Assembly (NCBI GenBank): GCA_963720755.1
Contig: CAVRGP010000009.1
Coordinates: 1-24,826 of the forward strand
Reading direction: 5' to 3'
DNA length: 24,826 bases
Source: an uncultured Chloroflexia bacterium
GTDB lineage: Bacteria; Chloroflexota; Limnocylindria; Limnocylindrales; CSP1-4
Shown here: piece after piece, positions 17,300 to 24,826 of the stretch
Position numbering within the stretch: position 1 is the stretch's first letter
Layout: each line of letters starts with the position of its first letter
Notes under the pieces: model-generated
The model's database searches: none
Told to the model about the DNA's origin: nothing
Seen by the model: only the letters and a program-made list of their open reading frames with translations
Translations under genes and position numbers: made by a program

Positions 17300-18198
17300 C
17301 GGTCCCGCTCCGAGCGATTCGGCGATGGCCCACCCATCGCCGCGAGGAGCGTCGAGAGTTGGTAGATCAGGAGCCGTGGGTTCGCGAACACAGACAGAAC
17401 GACGGCCGATGCCCAGCCCCAGCGGGTCGGTGCAAGGCGGATCGCCACCAGGACCATGACCGCGACCGACGCAGCCCACAGCACCGGCGAGATGGCATAC
17501 GGGGACACGTTGGCGATGTGTCCCACCTGGTCGAGACTCAGGAAGCTGATGTACGCGGTGGTGGCAGCCGGTTCGACCACGAACTGAAAGACGACAAGGA
17601 CGACCATCCAGCCCGCGAACATGCCCAGATCCCGCCATTGGCGGCGGCCCACCCAGTAGATCGCGACGAGCAATGGAAAGATCTTCAGGTTGGCCGCAAA
17701 GGCAACGGCCCAAGGAGCCCCGACGGCGAGGAGGAAGGTGACGACAGCCTGCGCCTGGCCGATGACCACTGTCCAGGCGATCGGCGCGGCCAGCCAGGCA
17801 ACGACCAGGAACGTCGGCTCGCGGAGCCCCAGCCGGCGGATCGTCAGGAGAGTGGCCCCGATGACGACGCCGGCCCAGATCGCGGCGGCAGCCTCGTATG
17901 GGAGCATGGCGAGCGGCCGAAAGATGATGGCCAGCAGAGGTGGATACCGGTAGAACGACGCGTCATCGATGCCGCCGGGCTGGACGTACAAGGGCAGGCC
18001 GACGTTCAGCCGAGCGCCGGCGTCGTAGTAGGCATGGACATCGCCGAGCGGGTCAAGGAAGAGATGGACGAGCGCGGCCTCGATCCCGACGAGGATCCCG
18101 ACGACCGCCGCGAAGCGCATGACCAGTCGGATCGATCGGCGCTCGAGGATGGGTCCGCCCGGCATCGTTGAGGTCACGCGCCCCAGTATCACCTGCAT
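17296..18198 (-). CDS. GT87/DUF2029-like membrane glycosyltransferase (tandem paralog A)
   Basis: Up to 300 aa; the start may be GTG 18177. LGDVHAYYDAGARLN, YRYPP, IGQAQ, NLKIFP. Confidence 0.82.
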   Translation of the reverse strand: MQVILGRVTSTMPGGPILERRSIRLVMRFAAVVGILVGIEAALVHLFLDPLGDVHAYYDAGARLNVGLPLYVQPGGIDDASFYRYPPLLAIIFRPLAMLPYEAAAAIWAGVVIGATLLTIRRLGLREPTFLVVAWLAAPIAWTVVIGQAQAVVTFLLAVGAPWAVAFAANLKIFPLLVAIYWVGRRQWRDLGMFAGWMVVLVVFQFVVEPAATTAYISFLSLDQVGHIANVSPYAISPVLWAASVAVMVLVAIRLAPTRWGWASAVVLSVFANPRLLIYQLSTLLAAMGGPSPNRSERDR

Positions 18199-18344
18199 GA
18201 ACGGACCCAGTCGGCTCCCAGTCGTCAGCCTGGGTCGAAACCCATCCAGGGGAGTCTCGCGGGGCCCTCATCGCACGGCGCTTCCGGCAACACGGCAGGG
18301 GGGTGCTCCGATAGGTCGTTCGTACCGGTCGGCGGAGCAGGCAC

Positions 18345-18364
18345 CCGGTGCTAACCTGCACCGG
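18345..18364 (+). promoter_or_regulatory. Palindrome CCGGTGC-TAACCT-GCACCGG (copy 3), whose spacer is the -10 hexamer of the 18367 operon
   Basis: TGc-TAACCT lies 9 nt before GTG 18367 and is flanked by perfect 7-bp inverted repeats. Confidence 0.5.
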
Positions 18365-18366
18365 CC

Positions 18367-19998
18367 GTGCGAATCCCTCTGCTCCTGTACGGGCTTGCGT
18401 TCGCCGTTCGCGCCGGGTTGATGCTCCTGTTCCCCGACCCGGCCTACCCGGATTCGTTCTATTACGTCGACGTGGCGCGGGCGCTCGCGAGCGGACACGG
18501 GCTGAACGTCGACTTCGTCTGGATCTTCGCGGAGGTCGGCGGCAAGTTGCCCGCCGATGCTGTCCTGCCGATCCCGTCGAACGCGCACTGGCTGCCGCTG
18601 GCGTCGTTCATCCAGGCACCGTTCATCTTGCTCATGGGTGCGACCGCGATCGCCTCCGCGCTGCCGATGGTGCTCATCGGCTCACTGGCCGCGCCGCTGA
18701 CCTGGCTCATCGCCCGTGACATGGGCGCGTCCCGGACCGTGCAGTTGGGTGCCGCGGTCCTCGCCGCCATCCCCGCAGCGGGGACGGTGTTCATGCCGCA
18801 GCCAGAGAACTTCGCGATCTTCCAGCCGCTGGTGGCGGCGACCCTGTGGTTCGCGGCTCGTGGTCTGCGGGGCGACACGAAGTCATACGCGGCGGCGGGA
18901 CTTCTCGTCGGGCTCGCCTCGATCGCGCGCAACGACGCCTTCCTGCTGGGCGCGGCCGTGGGCCTCATCTTCGTCATCGATCGGGTCCGAGCCTGGCGGC
19001 GCGGCGATCGTCCGCACATCTCGGTCCTCGCGGCGGCCGCCTGCATCGGGCTCTACCTGCTCATCGTCGTCCCGTGGTGGTACCGGCAGTACACCGTGTT
19101 CGGGTCGATCTCGCCGACGGCCTCGACCGGCACGGCCTTGTGGCTGACCGAGTACCGGCAATGGAACAGCATCACCGCGGACGTGTCACTCGCGAACTTC
19201 CTGGGTCAGGGACCGGCGGGCATCATCGGTAGCCGGATCGGGGGCCTCGTCTCGGCAGCCGCGAACTTCGCGGTCGTCATCTGCTCGATCGTGCTCGTCC
19301 CATTCGTCGTGTGGGCCGGCTGGATCCGCCGCCGCTCGGACGACTTGCTGCCCTGGTTCCTGTACGTCCTCATCATGTTCCTCGGGGCGACGCTGCTCTT
19401 CCCGCTCCACGTTCCGGGCGGCGCGTTCATCCATTCGGCCGTCGGGATGGGTCCGTATGCCTACATCCTCGCCCTCGAGGGTGTCGCGGCCCTGGTCGCC
19501 TGGATCGCGAAACGACGACCGAGCTGGGACGCATCGACCGCGACGCCGGTCTTCTCCTGGGCGATCGTCGCCCTCGTGATCCTCACCGCGGCGCTGTACG
19601 CTCCGGTGGTCCAGGCCGGCTGGCGGGCGGCGGCGGCCCCACGGATCGAGCTCGCCGCGCAGCTGGACGAGATGGGCGTCCCGTCGACCGACCGGCTGAT
19701 GTCGATCGATGCCGGCGGGTTCAAGTACTTCACCGGGCGGGGTGGTGTCGTCTCGCCGGACGACCCGATCGACACGATCCGAGAGGTCGCAGACGCCTAC
19801 GACATCCGCTGGCTGGTCCTGGAGCGAAACGGCACGGTCGAGGCCCTCAAGCCCGTCCTCGATGGGGCGGCCCGGCCGGCCTGGATCGGGCCGCCGTCCT
19901 TCACCGTCGTAGCGGCTGACGATGGACCACCGACGTTGGGGCTCTATCCTGTCTGCTTCGACGTATCCGACACCCGCTGCGGGGAGGCAGGGTCATGA
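18367..19998 (+). CDS. ArnT/PMT-like (GT83/GT39-type) GT-C glycosyltransferase
   Basis: 543 aa. YPDSFYYVDVARALASGHG, HWLPL, ARNDA and PWWYRQYTVFG motifs. Many TM segments and a soluble C-terminal domain. Confidence 0.8.
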   Translation: MRIPLLLYGLAFAVRAGLMLLFPDPAYPDSFYYVDVARALASGHGLNVDFVWIFAEVGGKLPADAVLPIPSNAHWLPLASFIQAPFILLMGATAIASALPMVLIGSLAAPLTWLIARDMGASRTVQLGAAVLAAIPAAGTVFMPQPENFAIFQPLVAATLWFAARGLRGDTKSYAAAGLLVGLASIARNDAFLLGAAVGLIFVIDRVRAWRRGDRPHISVLAAAACIGLYLLIVVPWWYRQYTVFGSISPTASTGTALWLTEYRQWNSITADVSLANFLGQGPAGIIGSRIGGLVSAAANFAVVICSIVLVPFVVWAGWIRRRSDDLLPWFLYVLIMFLGATLLFPLHVPGGAFIHSAVGMGPYAYILALEGVAALVAWIAKRRPSWDASTATPVFSWAIVALVILTAALYAPVVQAGWRAAAAPRIELAAQLDEMGVPSTDRLMSIDAGGFKYFTGRGGVVSPDDPIDTIREVADAYDIRWLVLERNGTVEALKPVLDGAARPAWIGPPSFTVVAADDGPPTLGLYPVCFDVSDTRCGEAGS

Positions 19999-21620
19999 GT
20001 CGACGCGAAGCTTGGCTGACGGCAGGCGCGATCTTCGTCGTCGCGTTCCTCGTGCGGCTGGTGTTCGCGTCGCAGATCGTGTTCCCGAAGCCGGAGGACA
20101 CGGCCTACTACGTCGGGGTGGCGCAGAACCTGGTCGAGGGCCGGGGCCTCGTCACGGACGCCATCTGGAGCTTCCAGACGCCGCCGCTCGAGTTCCCACG
20201 GGCGGCGTTCGAGATCTGGCTACCCCTCCCGACGTTCCTCGCCGCGGTCCCCATGCTGTTGTTCGGGGCGACCTTTGCAGCCGCCCAATGGTCGTCGGTC
20301 CTGGCAGGGGCGATCGTGCCCGTCCTCGCGTGGCGCCTGGCCGCCGACATGGCCGCGGAATACGAGGTCCCCATCGCCCGAGCCCGGGTCCTCGCCATCG
20401 GGAGTGGCCTGACCGCCGCGGTCTACCTGCCCCTCCTGCTCCACTCGGCCCTGCCCAATTCGACGATGCCGTTCACGGTCTTCGCCCTCTCGGCGTGCCT
20501 GCTGATGGCCCGTTTCGTCGCGCATCCCGGGGATGTCCGGCTTCGCGACCCCCGTGCGATCGCGGTCGGCCTGCTGATCGGCCTCGCGGCCCTGACCCGC
20601 AACGAGGCGGTCTACATCGGTCTCGCCTGGGCGATCGTCGTCTGGCGGATGGGCGGCGTGGCTCGAGGGCGGCGGGTGGCCATCATCGTCGAGGTCGCTG
20701 TCATCGCCGGACTCATCTTCCTGCCCTGGGCGGTTCGCGACTGGCTGGTCTTCGGCAGTCCGTTGCCCGGTCAGGCAGTCGCCAACGCCCTCGCCGTGAA
20801 CGGTACAGATGTCTTCGCCTGGAATGATCCGCCGACCCTGGCCCGATACCTCGCCGTCGGCCCGATCGGCCTGGTCGGCATGCGCATCGGTGGCATCGTC
20901 CACAACCTGTTCAACGTCCTGCTCCTGCCCGGGCTGCCGATCTCGGTCATCGGACTCGTCGGCCTGTACTGGACCATTCGAAGCCAGGCACTCCGGCCCG
21001 TCGTCATCGTCAGCTTCACCGCCTTCATCGTCACCAGCCTCGTCTTCCCGGTCACCACGACCTGGGGGACCTTCCTCCACGCATCCGGTCCGTTCCAGGT
21101 GCTGCTCGTGGTTTCCGCGTTGTTCCTTCTCGACGGCCTGATCGAGGAGGTGAGCATCCGGAGGAAGTGGACGAACCCGAACGCCTGGCTCGGTGCTGTG
21201 CTCGGGATCTTCGGGTCGCTGCTCTTCTCGATCGTGCTCCTCCCGACTTTCGCGAGTGGATCGCGCGATACAGCGCGGCTGTACGAAGTCCTCGGGGAAC
21301 GTATGGCGGCCATCGGGCATCCCATCGATCCGGCGGACGGCCCGATCATCTCGAACTACCCGATCTGGATGGCCGAGACGCAAGGGGTCTATGCGCTCGG
21401 CCTCCCCGACGAACCCCCGCGCGACGTCGTCGACCTTGCCGATCACTTCGGGTCGACCCTGCTCATCCTGGTGAACGCGACCAGCGGACACTGGCCCGCG
21501 GATCTCGAGGCTGGTGTGGACGGCTCCGGTTGCTTCCACGAGGTCGACCTGCAGCATCCAGACTCGTCACTCGAGGATCCGCTCGCCGACACCAGGGTCT
21601 TCGAGATCGCCTGCCCGTGA
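19995..21620 (+). CDS. ArnT/PMT-like GT-C glycosyltransferase, tandem paralog of 18367-19998
   Basis: 541 aa with ATGA overlap. PEDTAYYVGVAQNLVEGRG, IWLPL, TRNEA, PWAVRDWLVFG. Confidence 0.8.
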   Translation: MSRREAWLTAGAIFVVAFLVRLVFASQIVFPKPEDTAYYVGVAQNLVEGRGLVTDAIWSFQTPPLEFPRAAFEIWLPLPTFLAAVPMLLFGATFAAAQWSSVLAGAIVPVLAWRLAADMAAEYEVPIARARVLAIGSGLTAAVYLPLLLHSALPNSTMPFTVFALSACLLMARFVAHPGDVRLRDPRAIAVGLLIGLAALTRNEAVYIGLAWAIVVWRMGGVARGRRVAIIVEVAVIAGLIFLPWAVRDWLVFGSPLPGQAVANALAVNGTDVFAWNDPPTLARYLAVGPIGLVGMRIGGIVHNLFNVLLLPGLPISVIGLVGLYWTIRSQALRPVVIVSFTAFIVTSLVFPVTTTWGTFLHASGPFQVLLVVSALFLLDGLIEEVSIRRKWTNPNAWLGAVLGIFGSLLFSIVLLPTFASGSRDTARLYEVLGERMAAIGHPIDPADGPIISNYPIWMAETQGVYALGLPDEPPRDVVDLADHFGSTLLILVNATSGHWPADLEAGVDGSGCFHEVDLQHPDSSLEDPLADTRVFEIACP

Positions 21621-22663
21621 CCCGCGTCTGCATCGTCATCCTCGGTATGCATCGATCGGGTACGAGTGCCCTGGCGGGCACGCTCGGCTTGCTCGGTGCG
21701 ACGATGCCCGAGCACCAGATCGCCGCGAACCCGACCAATCCGACCGGACACTGGGAGCCGGAGCGGCTGGTCCGGATCAATGACCGGCTACTCGAGGAGG
21801 CGGGCAGCGGTTGGCAGGACTGGCGCCGCTTCGACCCGGGCGCCGTGCCGTCGGAACGGATGCGTGCGTATCGCGACGAGATCGTCTCGTGCCTCGAAGA
21901 GGAGTACGCGGAGGCGACGCTGTTCGTCCTCAAGGATCCTCGGATCTCTCGGATGGTCCCGCTCTATTCCGACATCCTCGGATCGATGGGCGTGGATCCG
22001 AAGTACGTCCTGTGCCTCCGCAACCCGGTCGACGTGGCCGAATCCCTCGACCGCCGAAATGCGATGTCGGCGGGTTTCGCGGCCCTCCTGTGGCTGCGTC
22101 ACGTCCTTGAAGCAGAGCGCTCGACGCGGGATCGACCTCGTGTCCTGCTCACCTACGAAGCGTTGCTCGACGACTGGCGGAGCGTGGCTGAGCGGATCGC
22201 CGGCACGCTCGAGTTCCACTGGCCGCGCACGATCCAGGATGCGGCTCCGGAGATCGAACCGTTCCTGCAGCGGGACCTTGAGCATCACGACCGCCGATCT
22301 GTCGACCTCGATGCGAGTGAGAAGATCGAGCGATGGGTCCGAGACGCTTATGGAGCCCTCCAGTCGCTGGTCGCTGATGACGACGATCGAGAAGCCGCCG
22401 CGAGGCTCGACGCCGTCAGTGCGGCCTTCGAGCCCGCTGCGGTCACCTTCGGGTCGGCGACGTTCCCGGATCTCGCGGAACGGGATCGGCAGCTTGCGGT
22501 GATGGCCGCACAGCTCCGTCGCGAGACGCGTCGAAGGGAGAAGCTCGAGAAGACGCTCGACGGAATCTATGGAAGCCGGTCGTGGCGGATGACCGGACCC
22601 ATCCGACACGCAGGGACCAAGATCCATGGGGGCCGCCCGGCAGTGCGCCGGCCACCCGACTAG
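21617..22663 (+). CDS. Sulfotransferase-family (P-loop) protein with C-terminal coiled coil
   Basis: 348 aa from GTG 21617 (GTGA overlap). GMHRSGTS (5'-PSB-like), GHWE, LKDPR, LRNP.DVAESL, YEALL; tail LAERDRQLAVMAAQLRRE...GSRSWRMTGPIR. Confidence 0.8.
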   Translation: MTRVCIVILGMHRSGTSALAGTLGLLGATMPEHQIAANPTNPTGHWEPERLVRINDRLLEEAGSGWQDWRRFDPGAVPSERMRAYRDEIVSCLEEEYAEATLFVLKDPRISRMVPLYSDILGSMGVDPKYVLCLRNPVDVAESLDRRNAMSAGFAALLWLRHVLEAERSTRDRPRVLLTYEALLDDWRSVAERIAGTLEFHWPRTIQDAAPEIEPFLQRDLEHHDRRSVDLDASEKIERWVRDAYGALQSLVADDDDREAAARLDAVSAAFEPAAVTFGSATFPDLAERDRQLAVMAAQLRRETRRREKLEKTLDGIYGSRSWRMTGPIRHAGTKIHGGRPAVRRPPD

Positions 22664-22692
22664 GTGTCAGTGCCGGAATCGGTAGCCCCGCC

Positions 22693-22698
22693 TACCAT
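22693..22698 (+). promoter_or_regulatory. -10 element of a probable leaderless promoter
   Basis: TACCAT-gacccgg-ATG (start 22706). Confidence 0.5.
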
Positions 22699-22705
22699 GA
22701 CCCGG

Positions 22706-24826
22706 ATGCGCGACCGGAGGGCTTCGTCGCTTCGCCTGATCGTATGGGTCGCGATCGCGATCCTCGCCACGTACTGCCTGTTCGTCGGCGGCGGGTTGAT
22801 GGGCATCTACAACATCGACCTTCGTCGAGCGTCACTGGTGCTGACGACCGTCGGCATAGTCGTCTGGGTCATCGCGGCCATCCGCTACCCGAACTGGCGA
22901 CCCCAGACCGTCTTTGCCTGGGGGTTCGCTGCCGCGCTCGGGGTCATGGCCATCACGACCGTCACCTCGGTGGCCCCGAGGCTTGGCGTCGAGTACCTCG
23001 CCTGGTCCGTCCTCCTGACCGCCCTGTACCTGATCCTCCAGCGGCTGATGGCCTCGCCGTTCTACCGGGACCGGATCATGGCGTTCGCGACCATCGCAGC
23101 CTTCGTGATCGGGATCGCGTTCATCGTGACCGTATTCAACGAGTGGATCGCCTGGTGGGGTGAGATCGGCCGGATCGCCGCGCCGCCGCTCCGGCCAGGT
23201 TCTGAGAGTCTGACTTTCGGCAATCCGAGCGCGGTCATGACGGCGAGCGTCCTGCTTACGGCATCTGCCGTGGCACATGTCGTCAACGGCTCTCGACGCG
23301 GAACCATCGTCGCTCTGGCCGCGGTGATCCTCACGTTCGGGGTTACCCTGCTGAGCGGTTCCCGGGCTGGGTGGCTCGGGCTGACGATCGCGATCGGGGC
23401 GACCGGGCTCCTGTGGATCCTTTTCCCGGACCATCGTCGCGCACTGCTCTCGACCGTAACGTCGCGCTCCACCCGCGTCGTGGCGATGACATTCCTCATC
23501 GCCGGATCCCTGCTCGCCATCGTCGTCGGTCCCGGGATCCTCACTCGAGCCTCCGCGGGAGGCGAGGCCTGGCGGACGTCCTTCTACGAAGCCTCGCTCC
23601 GGATGTTCGAGTCGTCGCCGCTGGTCGGCCTCGGACCTGGGACGTGGGCGACCCAGCGGGCATCGTTCATCGCGGACACGAATCCCGACTACTACGCGAC
23701 GCACTCCCACGACCTCTATCTCCAGACCGTCGCCGAGTTCGGCATCCTCGGCGTGGCGGCCGGCCTCATCGTTCTGTTCCTGCTCGGTCGGCTGCTGTAC
23801 GGGGCCGTCCGCGACCCGGATCCGATCCGGCGCCGCGTCGGCTGGTGCGCGCTATTCGCGACGATCTACTTCGGGGCCCACCAGTTGCTCGACTTCTATG
23901 CGAACGCCCCGGCGATCCTGTTCGCGTTCGCCATCCCGATCGCGTGGCTGGATGCGACGGCCAGGACCGAGGTATGGAGTTCCGACGGTGCGTTCGACCC
24001 TGGACCTCGCAGGCCTCCGCCTTCCCCTCGAAGGGTCGGACTGGCTGTGATGGCGATCGCGATGATCGTCGGGTCCGTTTCGCTGCTCGCCTGGGCGCAG
24101 GGTGGTGCTGCAACCATGCAGCAGGGCACAGACGCACTGGCCAGGGGCGACACGCAAACGGCGGTGGATGCGCTGTCCAGCGTCGTGGCCTCCGATCCCG
24201 ACATGCCGCCGTATCACTTCGCCCTGGGTCTCGCCCTCGCTCAACAGGGCCGACTTGCCGACGCAGCCCCGCACTTCCTGAAGAGCGCGACCTTCGATGG
24301 ACTACCCGAAGCGTGGCTCGATCTCGCTGCGGTTCGGGCTCGCCTTGGCGATGCCTCAGGTGCGGAGGACGCGCTCGCGAACGCGATGCGTCTGGGCAGA
24401 CAGCAGACGGCCGTCGCGCTCGCCGCCGGTGTCGTCGAGCTGGAACTCGGAGATCGGGCCGCCGCATTGAACGACTTCGCGCTGGCCCTCAGCCTGAGCC
24501 CGAGCCTGGCTGGCGATCCATGGTGGACGCAGGACGCAGCAAGGGCGTCGGTCTGGCCCGATGCGTACACCAGGGCCTTTGAGGCGGCCAGCCCCTCGGG
24601 GCGGTTCGAGCTCGCACTTGAAACCGGGAACCGTGCTGCCCTGTCGGCCGCGATCGACGCCTCCGGTGAAGGGGCCGGGGCCAGGCTTCGCCTGATCGCT
24701 GATGCATGGTCCGGCGATCCGAGCGCGCTGAACACGCTCGAGGCCGACGCCAAAGCGTTACCCCTGGATGGATCCCTCGTGAACTGGATCGCTCGCATCC
24801 ACCGTCACCTGGGAAACGTTGACCGG
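22706..24826 (+). CDS. O-antigen ligase (Wzy_C/WaaL-like) family protein with C-terminal TPR-like repeats; truncated by the window end
   Basis: Translated by hand; absent from the ORF track because no stop is reached. MRDRRASSLRLIVW..., TFGNPS, LSGSRAGWLG, R..FYEASLRMF..SPLVGLGPGTW, HSHDLYLQTVAEFGILG, HQLLDF, then TPR-like helices (YHFALGLALAQQGRLADA, AWLDLAAVRARLGD). Confidence 0.87.
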   Translation, partial: MRDRRASSLRLIVWVAIAILATYCLFVGGGLMGIYNIDLRRASLVLTTVGIVVWVIAAIRYPNWRPQTVFAWGFAAALGVMAITTVTSVAPRLGVEYLAWSVLLTALYLILQRLMASPFYRDRIMAFATIAAFVIGIAFIVTVFNEWIAWWGEIGRIAAPPLRPGSESLTFGNPSAVMTASVLLTASAVAHVVNGSRRGTIVALAAVILTFGVTLLSGSRAGWLGLTIAIGATGLLWILFPDHRRALLSTVTSRSTRVVAMTFLIAGSLLAIVVGPGILTRASAGGEAWRTSFYEASLRMFESSPLVGLGPGTWATQRASFIADTNPDYYATHSHDLYLQTVAEFGILGVAAGLIVLFLLGRLLYGAVRDPDPIRRRVGWCALFATIYFGAHQLLDFYANAPAILFAFAIPIAWLDATARTEVWSSDGAFDPGPRRPPPSPRRVGLAVMAIAMIVGSVSLLAWAQGGAATMQQGTDALARGDTQTAVDALSSVVASDPDMPPYHFALGLALAQQGRLADAAPHFLKSATFDGLPEAWLDLAAVRARLGDASGAEDALANAMRLGRQQTAVALAAGVVELELGDRAAALNDFALALSLSPSLAGDPWWTQDAARASVWPDAYTRAFEAASPSGRFELALETGNRAALSAAIDASGEGAGARLRLIADAWSGDPSALNTLEADAKALPLDGSLVNWIARIHRHLGNVDR

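Noticed and set aside
16406-18198. DGR-like or invertible-cassette repeat pair
   Set aside because: Similarity spans whole genes with ordinary synonymous divergence, not adenine-specific changes. No reverse transcriptase or recombinase is present.
226-24798. Many long alternative-frame and antisense ORFs (e.g. 226-1476 +, 1965-2975 +, 6671-7918 +, 10804-12153 -, 20220-21557 -, 23371-24582 +)
   Set aside because: Arg/Pro/Gly-rich shadows of real genes, expected in high-GC DNA, with no family motifs.
1-24826. CRISPR arrays, tRNA/rRNA genes, IS or prophage genes
   Set aside because: None seen. Intergenic gaps are all under about 170 nt and no transposase, integrase or phage motifs were found.

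Overview
High-GC bacterial window devoted entirely to cell-surface glycan biosynthesis, with about 22 genes. No RNA genes, mobile elements or CRISPR arrays were recognised. About 14 genes encode polytopic GT-C-type membrane glycosyltransferases: eight GT87/DUF2029-like paralogs, two tandem ArnT/PMT-like proteins, two paralogs of an uncharacterised 'DxxWHL..G / WxNLHG' family, one further GT-C-like protein, and an O-antigen-ligase-TPR protein that runs off the window end and is missing from the ORF track. They are interleaved with two different GT2 polyprenyl-phosphate-sugar synthases, a nucleotide-sugar dehydrogenase, an SDR epimerase/decarboxylase, a GT4, a CelD/BcsL-like GNAT and a sulfotransferase-like protein with a coiled coil. 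Together they suggest a one-sugar-at-a-time, lipid-donor-based extracytoplasmic glycosylation system (inference). Most transcription units start with a (TGn)TANNNT box 6-9 nt before the start codon, consistent with leaderless mRNAs. A palindrome CGGTGC-N6-GCACCG recurs in three promoter regions. Three genes carry single-base frameshifts, probably sequencing-consensus errors. The gene content is reminiscent of Chloroflexota or Actinomycetota-like monoderms; this is an impression and was not verified. All family calls come from motif recognition by eye; no searches were run.
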